Assembly: GCA_049322915.1 (NCBI GenBank)
Contig: JBMOPW010000013.1
Coordinates: forward strand, 10,098-74,097
Source of the DNA: Candidatus Zhuqueibacterota bacterium
Lineage (GTDB): Bacteria > Zhuqueibacterota > Zhuqueibacteria > Thermofontimicrobiales > Thermofontimicrobiaceae
Direction of reading: 5' to 3'
Length of the DNA stretch: 64,000 nucleotides
Shown: one piece after another, positions 40,783 to 49,074 of the stretch
Position numbering within the stretch: position 1 is the stretch's first letter
Layout of the letters: each line of letters begins with the position of its first letter
Notes under the pieces: generated by a model
Seen by the model: only the letters and a program-made list of their open reading frames with translations
Database searches by the model: none
Told to the model about the DNA's origin: nothing
Made by a program: the position numbers and the translations under genes

Positions 40783-41358
40783 TTAACCCTCCGGCGTAAT
40801 TCTCCGGTAGATTTCCTTCGAATTCACCGGGACGAAACTCTTGCTCACAAAGCTAATGTTCTCGATGGTATAAAACGCCTGGGGATTATAATCTTTTATG
40901 ATATTGACAATCTTTTGAATATTCTTCCGTTTAATAATGGTGAAAATAATTTTCACTCTGCCGGTCACCCCTTCCGCATCCACATTGGTGACGGTGTAGC
41001 CATCGGATTTCAATCGCTCCACCAATTCATCGGCTTCCATCCGCGTGATGACTCGGATCATGACCATTCCCATGGCAATTTTATTTTCGATGAAAATGCC
41101 CACGAAATTGCCGAACGAGAAGCCCAGGGCAAAGGCGATGAAATTGGCCGGGTTATCCAGATTTTTCATCACCTGGGTGATGGCCAGCAGCCAAATATTC
41201 ACTTCAATGAAACCAAGCAGCGGCGCCAGCAGCTTCATATTCTTGGCAAGAAATATGATGCGAATCGTGCTGATTGTGACATTCAAAATCATCGCCAGGA
41301 AAATCAACAGCGGCGTGACGAACCAAATATCCAACATTGAACTCATTGACATCTCCAC
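40783..41358 (-). CDS. DUF5698/DUF2179 membrane protein (paralog 1)
   Basis: TM domain with GFIEV.IW and GF..G..G...E.K.A.G, C-terminal G.T...AEG..G domain. Confidence 0.85.
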   Translation of the reverse strand: MEMSMSSMLDIWFVTPLLIFLAMILNVTISTIRIIFLAKNMKLLAPLLGFIEVNIWLLAITQVMKNLDNPANFIAFALGFSFGNFVGIFIENKIAMGMVMIRVITRMEADELVERLKSDGYTVTNVDAEGVTGRVKIIFTIIKRKNIQKIVNIIKDYNPQAFYTIENISFVSKSFVPVNSKEIYRRITPEG

Positions 41359-41439
41359 TTTTTATACAATTCCTCTAACATCGATATGATTTATGAATCA
41401 TTGAAGCGACCAGTCAAAAATGCTTCGCCCGCACCGTTT

Positions 41440-41508
41440 TGATCGCGCTGGATATTCATCCTGCGCGGGCAATGGCGGGGACGGCTGTCCCGGAACTGGC
41501 GAACCGTC
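41440..41508 (+). repeat. Dispersed triple-hairpin repeat, copy C (degenerate)
   Basis: TGATCGCGCTGGATATTCATCCTGCGCGGGCAATGGCGGGGACGGCTGTCCCGGAA. Confidence 0.8.
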
Positions 41509-41546
41509 ATGGCGACAATCAAAGCAGGGCTGCCATCCTCTGCCGG

Positions 41547-42611
41547 TCAGCGAAGGCTGAATCCCAGACCGGGAGCGTCATGGGGATAGAGCGTACCATC
41601 TTTGAGAATCACAGCGCCGGCAGCCGGATCGTCCACGAGATCAAAATGGCCATCCAGGTCAGCGCAGACCACATTGGGCCGGGCCAGCGCAAAGTGCAAG
41701 CCGGCAGCAATGGCCAGCGCGGACTCATCCATGCAGCCGACCATGCTGGTCATCCCGGCCGCGCGCGCCACACTATCGACGTGCTGCGCCTCGGAAATTC
41801 CGCCCACTTTCATGAGTTTGATATTGATCATCGCCGCCCGCCTCCGGCACGCCAGGTCAAGCGCATCGCGCACCGTCATCAGACTCTCATCCGCCATGAT
41901 CGGGACCGGTGAGGCTTCAGTGACCTGGCCCAGCAGCGCTGGATTTTCCCGGGCCGTGGGTTGTTCAATGAACTCCAAACCCGTTGACTGAGTTGCCGTT
42001 GCAAACAGGACGGCCTGTTCCACCGAAAAGCCCTGATTGGCATCGAACCGAAGTCCCACCTGCCGGCCAACGACCTCGCGCACCCGAAGGACGCGCTCAA
42101 TATCTCGGTCCACGTCAATGCCGCCTTTTATCTTCAGGGACGTGAATCCACGGGCCACAAACTCCCCGGCTTTACTGACAGTCTCCGGCAGGGGCAAAAT
42201 GCCGATGGTGATGCTCGTCGGAATGCAGTCACGGAATCCGCCCAACATTTTCCAGACCGGCGCGCCGCAGGCTTTGCCCAGGAGATCGAACAGCGCCATA
42301 TCCATTGCCGCCAATGCCGACGGATGGCGCTCCATCGATGGCCTCAGCCGCCCGATGAGACTGGCGAACCGAAGCGGGTCCGCGCCGATGATCTGCGGCT
42401 TGACCACGTCGTCCATCACCTGCATGACTGTCGCTTCGGTCTCTCCGGTGACCTCCAAATCCGGAGCGGCGCAGCCAAATCCACAGAGGCCGGTATCGGT
42501 TTCAATTTTCAGAAAGACATTCACCGTCGAATCGATCGTTTCGTAGGCAATGGTGTAGGGTTCTGCCAGACGCATAGCCACCGGCCATGCTTCCACTCGT
42601 TGTATTTTCAT
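41547..42611 (-). CDS. Enolase-superfamily dipeptide epimerase / N-acyl-amino-acid racemase
   Basis: KIK, DANQ, EQP, DES, NIKLMK.GG, D.DG motifs. Confidence 0.9.
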   Translation of the reverse strand: MKIQRVEAWPVAMRLAEPYTIAYETIDSTVNVFLKIETDTGLCGFGCAAPDLEVTGETEATVMQVMDDVVKPQIIGADPLRFASLIGRLRPSMERHPSALAAMDMALFDLLGKACGAPVWKMLGGFRDCIPTSITIGILPLPETVSKAGEFVARGFTSLKIKGGIDVDRDIERVLRVREVVGRQVGLRFDANQGFSVEQAVLFATATQSTGLEFIEQPTARENPALLGQVTEASPVPIMADESLMTVRDALDLACRRRAAMINIKLMKVGGISEAQHVDSVARAAGMTSMVGCMDESALAIAAGLHFALARPNVVCADLDGHFDLVDDPAAGAVILKDGTLYPHDAPGLGFSLR

Positions 42612-42768
42612 CGCCCTGCCTCAAATGAAATGTTTATTTGGCCATCCTTTGATTGTCGGGGATACTCATTCCGGATGGTGCGCCTCGGCGACATTCGCGC
42701 CGGAAACATCTCCGGCGCGATCAGGCCTCATCTTTCCGGGTTCATGCTCCCTGCAGACAGGTCCCGGC

Positions 42769-43848
42769 CTACTTTTTCAAATACGTCTCGAGCGCGGCAA
42801 TCACCTTCCGGGGGCCATCCACAAGCACATCGCTGGCTACGCAGCCGGCGGCTTTTTCGATCTCCGCATAAATGGGAGCAAGGTCGTCTGGTTGCAACGA
42901 CTCATGATTGATGGTGATAGCGACGACCGGTTTCTCGGAGATAATTTCGATGGCCTTTATCTGTCTGTCCAGCGGATGAATGCGGTAGCCGGGAAAACCG
43001 TCGTAATCCACACGGGCTGGCGCGTGCTGCAATACCACGACATCAGGGCGGGCGGCCGCCAGAATTTCGTAGCCGCCGGGGTAAGCCGGATTCATCAGGC
43101 TGCCCTGGCCTTCGATGACAATGACGTCCGGTTTTTTATCGTTCCACGCCGACCACACGGCAAATTCGATTTCGCCGGAGACAAAATCATTGATGAGCGA
43201 ATCCAGAATGAGCGAGTATTGCGCGCCCTGCATCCAGGCGGTCTGTCCAGTCCCGACCATTTCCGCAGTGTAGCCGGCGGCCCGAAATCCTTCCACCAGA
43301 ATCCACGCTGTCGTCCGTTTGCCAATGGCGGAATCGGTGCCCAGCACAGCGATTTTCAACGATGTGACCTGTTCGATCCGGCCATCGAAGAAATGCAATT
43401 TGTCCCGCGTCGGTGTTTTTCGAACATCGCGGAGTGTGATTCGATGCTTAACCGCCAATCCGGAAATTTCAGGATCATCCGACAGAAAATCGTGGAGACC
43501 GCAATCGACATTCAGTCCCAGTTCAATCGCTCGTTTCACATCCTGACGCGCCCGTGGATTGAGCCTGCCGCCATCCGGGGCAAGGCCAATGACCAGATGG
43601 GTGGCGCGGCGCTGCTGACGGGCGGCGTGTTCAACGGCCTCGGCTACATCGCCAATGATGGGTATATTTTTCGGCGCGCCGTCCAGCACCAGGCCAGCGT
43701 CTTTGCCGGCATAGGTGGAATCGACCACTGATAGCACCGAATAGCGGGCCGTCTTTCGAACCAGCCCGTGCGCCGTTTTGCCATTGGGCGTATTAAACGC
43801 ATCCTGACAATAGACAATGGCATTTCCTTCCGGAAAATTTTTCATCAT
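42769..43848 (-). CDS. DUF1611 family protein (DgcN-like)
   Basis: GKTAHGL, GTD.AIGKRTT, GTGQT, IEGQGSL. Confidence 0.9.
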   Translation of the reverse strand: MMKNFPEGNAIVYCQDAFNTPNGKTAHGLVRKTARYSVLSVVDSTYAGKDAGLVLDGAPKNIPIIGDVAEAVEHAARQQRRATHLVIGLAPDGGRLNPRARQDVKRAIELGLNVDCGLHDFLSDDPEISGLAVKHRITLRDVRKTPTRDKLHFFDGRIEQVTSLKIAVLGTDSAIGKRTTAWILVEGFRAAGYTAEMVGTGQTAWMQGAQYSLILDSLINDFVSGEIEFAVWSAWNDKKPDVIVIEGQGSLMNPAYPGGYEILAAARPDVVVLQHAPARVDYDGFPGYRIHPLDRQIKAIEIISEKPVVAITINHESLQPDDLAPIYAEIEKAAGCVASDVLVDGPRKVIAALETYLKK

Positions 43849-44053
43849 TCAACTCCGTCTCAAAAAATAAGCCCGTCTGATTCTTCCCGACCGCACGTGT
43901 GCCAGTGGAAACGACCTCCTTCGCCACCTCCGGCCTCAGCTATTTGAATTGGCAATGTAATTGATTTATTTATAAATTTCAAGTCAATTTCTAAAATGAA
44001 TAGTCTTGTACAAGCGTGTATAAAAAATTCAACACGCTAATGTATCGGCAGCA

Positions 44054-44069
44054 GACGGTCGCGACCGTC
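44054..44069. repeat. REP-like perfect palindrome
   Basis: GACGGTCGCGACCGTC. Confidence 0.55.
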
Positions 44070-44125
44070 CTCTCCGCCTATGTCCAATAATAATCTATCG
44101 AAGTAGACTTCCAAACAAATCATAG

Positions 44126-44162
44126 AACGCAGATGACACTGATTACACGGATTTGCACGGAT
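44126..44162 (+). repeat. Short tandem ~9-nt repeat
   Basis: AACGCAGAT GACACTGAT TACACGGAT TTGCACGGAT. Confidence 0.55.
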
Positions 44163-44337
44163 AAATTTTTTTTAAGTTAATAAACTGAAAAAATTTTCCT
44201 TCAAGTTGATTTCAAATTTTCCAGAAAATCGAGAACAAAATTCACGGTTTTCGGGTAGTAAAAATTTAGCCGACCGTAATTCTGTAAAATGGGTCCCGTA
44301 ACGGGTAATTTAAAATCAGGATCAGAGGCGCAGGTTG

Positions 44338-44485
44338 GTAACCGTTCACAGGTTCATTGTTCAGGGTTCAAGGTTAATGATAACGGCCAGTTGATGACGG
44401 ACTATTTGAGCTCAAAAAATGTTTCTGGTGACTATATCCAAAACCCCAGCAGGGAACGCTGAACCCGGAACCTATGAACGGCTAC
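44338..44485. repeat. 148-bp MITE-like element with terminal inverted repeats
   Basis: GTAACCGTTCACAGGTTC ... GAACCTATGAACGGCTAC (16/18 inverted match) with internal GGTTCA heptamers. Confidence 0.7.
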
Positions 44486-44969
44486 GCAAGTTGAGGCGAC
44501 ATCTTTTGCAGGACACAGGAAAGGCAATCCAGAGTATTGCAGCGAATCGCCTAATCCAAACAGAACAATCGGAGTTGCCTTGTCGAATTCAGGAAGGCAT
44601 CGGAGCAGCAGCGATCCGAAAACAGAATTGCGATGACGATTCTCGTTTCGAAAAAATGAAAATGGAAGAGCGGAAAGATCCTCAGCTCTTCCATTTTGAA
44701 AGCGTGTTCGCCCGAATCACAAAATACGACCAGGGCGGCCTGGCAGTCGCTCTGAAAATTGAGCGCAATGGCCACATTCCCGGCTTGATTCCTAAAGTCA
44801 GGGAGAAGTTCCCGGCGCATCACGCCCATCGCTGATACAACGCCGCCACCGGGATATGCTGAAATGCACATCAAAGCAGATTCGGGCACCCGGGCAATCA
44901 TTCTGCTGGACAGGGGTGAATTCGACGTCCTTGTCCAGCGCCAAGGTATTCGTCATTTCTGAACCGGAA

Positions 44970-46112
44970 TTACATCATCAGTGATTCATCAAACTCGAAG
45001 CAGGGTGTTTTCTCTTCACTTTCAACAATCTGCGGCACTAATTTTTCAGGTTTGGGATGTTTGCCATTCCTATTTTTCGTCTGCGCGTATCGATAAATTT
45101 TCCCTTTGTAATTCCGCAACACCACTTCTTCATCCGTGATTCTGACGACATATTCGGGCAGCAAGGGAATCTTGCCACCGCCGCCGGGGGAGTCGATCAC
45201 AAAGTGCGGCACAGCCAAGCCAGACGTCCAGCCCCGAATGGCTTTGATGATCTCCAGCCCTTTCTCGACGCGGGTTCGGAAATGTTCGGTCCCATAAACA
45301 TAATCGGCCTGGTAAATATAATAAGGACGAACGCGCGCCAACAGCAGCTTTTGCATCAATTTTTTCATGACTTCCGGGTCATCGTTTACACCTTTCAGCA
45401 GCACGGTCTGGCAGCCAAGCGGAATGCCGGCATCGACCAATTTCCCCAGAGCCTTGACGGCAATCGGCGTCAATTCATCCGGATGATTGAAGTGAACGTT
45501 CATGTAAAGAGGGTGATATTTCTTGAGCATGTTGGTTAATTTTGTGGTAATCCTTTGTGGGAGGAAACAAGGGACACGTGTCCCAATGCGGATAATTTGG
45601 ACATGTGGGATACGCCTGAGCTTGTGAAGGATATACCGTAACCAATCATCGCTCAATAATAATGGGTCGCCTCCGGACATAATGACGTCTCGAATTTCAG
45701 GATGCTGCTCAATATACTCGATCCCTTCATCAATAAACTTCGGGCTAATTTTGCTCGGATCGCCTACTTTTCGCTTACGGGTACAGAAACGACAGAACGA
45801 TGCACAATCATGGGAAACTAAAAATAAACAACGATCGGGATAACGGTGAACAATGCTTTTCACCGGGGAGTCTCTATCCTCGGACAATGGGTCAAATGAC
45901 AGTCCATCATTGTCCAGCTCTTTCAAATCAGGAACAACCTGTTTATAAATCGGATCGCCTTTCGCTTTAATCAGCGACAGGTAATACGGATTAATTTTTA
46001 TATCAAATTCATGCTGTATCTTTTCTACTTCGGCTAAAGGTATATCGAATCTCTCTGAAATCTCTTTAGCGCTGGTCAAACTTTTTTGCAGAATCTTCTG
46101 CCAGGTTTCCAT
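44970..46112 (-). CDS. kamA: KamA family radical SAM/PLP enzyme (lysine 2,3-aminomutase type)
   Basis: VHRYPDR, CASFCRFCTRKR, SGGDPL, HFNHP.E, YQAD, DSPGGGGK. Confidence 0.92.
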   Translation of the reverse strand: METWQKILQKSLTSAKEISERFDIPLAEVEKIQHEFDIKINPYYLSLIKAKGDPIYKQVVPDLKELDNDGLSFDPLSEDRDSPVKSIVHRYPDRCLFLVSHDCASFCRFCTRKRKVGDPSKISPKFIDEGIEYIEQHPEIRDVIMSGGDPLLLSDDWLRYILHKLRRIPHVQIIRIGTRVPCFLPQRITTKLTNMLKKYHPLYMNVHFNHPDELTPIAVKALGKLVDAGIPLGCQTVLLKGVNDDPEVMKKLMQKLLLARVRPYYIYQADYVYGTEHFRTRVEKGLEIIKAIRGWTSGLAVPHFVIDSPGGGGKIPLLPEYVVRITDEEVVLRNYKGKIYRYAQTKNRNGKHPKPEKLVPQIVESEEKTPCFEFDESLMM

Positions 46113-46200
46113 GGTAAAAACATACCTCCTACGTGTTTGTTATGGTTGTTAATTTGAACAGATGCGACAGGTCCTCATCCAATGGAGCGTGCCACATGTG

Positions 46201-46677
46201 TTATAAACGTTTCACAAAAATCAAGCGATCATCGCCGATTCGATAAAAGTCCTTAATGCGGGCTTCCACGACATATCGGTTTCGAAGGTAAAAATCCTGT
46301 GTTGGTTTGTATTTCGGTTGAGATGACGTTTCAATAATGATCATACGGCCTTTGAGGCGTACAACTTCTTGCTCCGTGAAAATCAATAATTTTTTTCCAA
46401 CCCCTTGATGCTGCACCACTGGTGAAACCGCGATCCAGTATAAATCAAATGTGCCTTCAGTGGCAGGTGTGGGGCCGTAACATACGTATCCAACAACCTC
46501 CTTCCGTGCATCTTCTGCAACGTAAATGATATAATCCTTTTGATTTTTGTTATTTAAAAAAATATCAACCAATTCCATCGCAACGGCGACTTCTTCTTCA
46601 GTGAACATGTCCGTGTGAACGAGAATCTGATGCACCGCCTCTCTATCCTGAGACGCCATTTTTCTAATCGTTACCAT
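46201..46677 (-). CDS. GNAT family N-acetyltransferase
   Basis: DLYWIAV, QHQGVGKKL acetyl-CoA motif, FY...Y. Confidence 0.92.
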   Translation of the reverse strand: MVTIRKMASQDREAVHQILVHTDMFTEEEVAVAMELVDIFLNNKNQKDYIIYVAEDARKEVVGYVCYGPTPATEGTFDLYWIAVSPVVQHQGVGKKLLIFTEQEVVRLKGRMIIIETSSQPKYKPTQDFYLRNRYVVEARIKDFYRIGDDRLIFVKRL

Positions 46678-47710
46678 TCCATTTCCTTTTCAATGCTTCG
46701 TGAATCAACAGATCGACAAACGATTCGTAACTAATTCCAGCAGCAGTCAATGCTTTGACATAACCCGCATCCGGCGAGATGTCCGGATTGGGATTGTATT
46801 CCAGCACAAAAATATTTTCATCATCATCGACGCGGGTATCGACGCGACCATAATCCCGGCCATTGATCGTCTGATACACTTGCAGCGCTACATCTTCGAG
46901 TCGTGCCCGGAGACTGTCGCTTATCTGAGCCGGACAAATCGCTGGCGTCTTTTGATAGAGCGGATGATCGGGCAGCCATTTGGCTTCGTAACTTGTGATA
47001 TGAGGCGTCTCCTCACCCAGCGCCGCAAAACTGATCTCAGAAATGGCGATGACTCGCGCCGGACCATTCCCCAATACGCTGACATTGAATTCCCGGCCCT
47101 GAATGTACTGCTCCACCAGAATGGGCTGGTTGTATTTTTTCAACAACGCTGTGACTCGCTTTTTCAACCCATTCAAATCATGAATAATCGCATCGCCATG
47201 CGTAATGCCCAGACTGGCATCCTCCCGTGACGGCTTTGCAATCAGCGGATACGAAAGTATTGTATCGCGGGGTGCTTCGGAATAGACCTGAAACTTTGGG
47301 GTTGGTATGTTCCTGGCTTCGAACAACTGCTTTGTGAGCACCTTGTCCTGCGCCAGCCCTAATGTCAACGGAGAATTTCCGGTATAGGGGATTTCTAACA
47401 ATTCCCATACACCTGCAATAAACATCTCGAAGCGAGCTTTGCCCTGGTAACCTTCGCATAAATTAAAAATCAGGTCTGGGGAAACCTGATTTATCTCCTG
47501 GAAAATCTGGTCAAGGCTTTTAACCGGAAAGGAAATAGGTACGTGGCCGGATTCCAGGACAACTCGCTGAACAATTTCTGCTTCGTCCTTCACCGCAGCT
47601 TCAGAAATAAAATCCAAATCCTGATCCGCCTTTTGAATCGGCTCATTATAGGCAATAAGAATATTCAATTTCTTCGAATCAGACTTCATGTTATTCATCG
47701 GACGAGTCAT
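46664..47710 (-). CDS. D-Ala-D-Ala-ligase-like ATP-grasp protein B
   Basis: FNLCEG, PYTG, KP.REDASLGI, EQYI.GREF, RVD.R, EYNPNPD. Confidence 0.88.
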   Translation of the reverse strand: MTRPMNNMKSDSKKLNILIAYNEPIQKADQDLDFISEAAVKDEAEIVQRVVLESGHVPISFPVKSLDQIFQEINQVSPDLIFNLCEGYQGKARFEMFIAGVWELLEIPYTGNSPLTLGLAQDKVLTKQLFEARNIPTPKFQVYSEAPRDTILSYPLIAKPSREDASLGITHGDAIIHDLNGLKKRVTALLKKYNQPILVEQYIQGREFNVSVLGNGPARVIAISEISFAALGEETPHITSYEAKWLPDHPLYQKTPAICPAQISDSLRARLEDVALQVYQTINGRDYGRVDTRVDDDENIFVLEYNPNPDISPDAGYVKALTAAGISYESFVDLLIHEALKRKWNGND

Positions 47711-47745
47711 CGCAAAAATTAATTTTTGCTCCTCATATTTAAAAA

Positions 47746-48783
47746 TTAAATACCATACCTTTTTCTGGCAAACTCAATGACCTTATTGATCATTGCGGTG
47801 TAACTATAGCCTTTGGTTCGGGCCGCCTTGGGGAAACAGGAATTATCTTCCGGATTAGGCAAAATCCCCGGCAGCGGATTCAGCTCCAGGATGTGCGCCA
47901 CACCCTGATCATCCATACGGATGTCAATTCGGCACCAGTCCCTGATATGCATCACGCGGTAGGTATCCCGCACGACATCTTCGATATTTCGCTGCTGTAA
48001 ATAGGTCAATGGCGCCGGGCATTTAAATATTTCAAGCGGCTTATCCGGCGTGTCCCAGATCCATTTTGCTTCATACGAATAAATCGGCCGAGCGCCTTCA
48101 GGCAGGTCGTCATAACTGATCGCGACGATGGGCAGCACGTCGACCTCTTTTCCATTGCCCCAGATGGCCACCGTATATTCATCTTTTTCTAAAAATTTCT
48201 CGATCATCACCGGTTCATTGTATCTGGCGAGGATCTCTTCAATCTTCTTCCTCGCCTGCTTCGGGTCTTCCACTACCGAGTCATTGAAAATTCCTTTGCT
48301 GCTTCCCTCGGCAATGGGCTTGACAATCGCTGGAAAATAAAAATCATTCAACTCAATTTTTTGGAGTGGATGCAGCACCCGAAAAGGCGGTGTGGGAATC
48401 GAATGGTAATTGAGTATTTCTTTGGTTCGGGCCTTATTCAGACAAATAGCCAGCGTCAAAGGATCCGATCCGGTGTACGGCAGTCCCAATCGCTCGCAAA
48501 CCAGAGGGATGTACGACTCGCGAAAGTCGCCAAATAAACCTTCGGCTATATTGAACACCAGCTCCGGCCGAAGATTTTCCAGGGTGGCTGGCGCTGTATC
48601 ATCCGCTTCAACGCTGAAAACTTCGTGCCCACCGCTTCGTATCGCATCCAACACCGAATTGATCGTGTCTACGCTATCACCCTCTGCGAAAAAATCAGGC
48701 GGAATATCCGTGGTCTTTTGATAATGCTTTTCATATTCTTTGAGTAATCCAGTTTTGCTGCTGTACGCAACTGCTATTTTCAT
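47746..48783 (-). CDS. D-Ala-D-Ala-ligase-like ATP-grasp protein A
   Basis: FNIAEG, PYTGS, KP.AEGSSKGI, YSYEAKW, RIDIR, ELNPLPG. Confidence 0.88.
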   Translation of the reverse strand: MKIAVAYSSKTGLLKEYEKHYQKTTDIPPDFFAEGDSVDTINSVLDAIRSGGHEVFSVEADDTAPATLENLRPELVFNIAEGLFGDFRESYIPLVCERLGLPYTGSDPLTLAICLNKARTKEILNYHSIPTPPFRVLHPLQKIELNDFYFPAIVKPIAEGSSKGIFNDSVVEDPKQARKKIEEILARYNEPVMIEKFLEKDEYTVAIWGNGKEVDVLPIVAISYDDLPEGARPIYSYEAKWIWDTPDKPLEIFKCPAPLTYLQQRNIEDVVRDTYRVMHIRDWCRIDIRMDDQGVAHILELNPLPGILPNPEDNSCFPKAARTKGYSYTAMINKVIEFARKRYGI

Positions 48784-48920
48784 AGTCACAATCTCAAATT
48801 CAAACCATCGTGAGCTAATATAAAAAAATCTCTAACGCATAGAGATGTCCCTGGAAACATGTACACCGGATTCTGATTTCAAAACAATATTCACTGTTTA
48901 TAAAAAATTGAACATGAATT

Positions 48921-48937
48921 TGGCAATAATTATGCCA
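48921..48937 (-). promoter_or_regulatory. sigma54 (-24/-12) promoter
   Basis: TGGCAT-AATTA-TTGC on the minus strand, upstream of the ATP-grasp/GNAT/KamA operon. Confidence 0.8.
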
Positions 48938-49002
48938 CAATTTTCAAGTGCTAATTTTTCAATGAAGTAAGTCGGTTTTAATGATAATGCCAATTCTAAA
49001 AG

Positions 49003-49073
49003 CGAACTGACAATTCCGATTTTGGGGGATGAAGCCGAAAAATAGGGGCAGGAAATTGGAATTTAAAATTCCG
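49003..49073. promoter_or_regulatory. Two candidate enhancer (UAS) sites for the adjacent sigma54 activator
   Basis: CGAACTGACAATTCCG (49003) and GGAATTTAAAATTCCG (49058), 12/16 identical, quasi-palindromic. Confidence 0.55.
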
Positions 49074-49074
49074 A

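Noticed and set aside
16951-41508. CRISPR array or integron attC array formed by the repeats
   Set aside because: Copies are 10-14 kb apart, in mixed orientation, with no spacers, cas genes or integrase
44419-44835. 138-aa plus-strand ORF as a transposase remnant
   Set aside because: No HUH or DDE motifs; it starts inside the inverted-repeat element
44970-46112. KamA as EpmB (EF-P beta-lysylation) or glutamate 2,3-aminomutase
   Set aside because: No efp/epmA nearby, and the substrate-site Asp residues fit a basic amino acid rather than glutamate
44970-48783. Pyrrolysine biosynthesis (radical SAM plus ATP-grasp)
   Set aside because: The radical SAM enzyme is PLP-dependent KamA, not PylB; no pylD, pylS or tRNA seen
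46664-48783. Housekeeping ddl or vancomycin-resistance ligases
   Set aside because: They lack the LHG..GEDG motif and any mur/fts or vanH/vanX context
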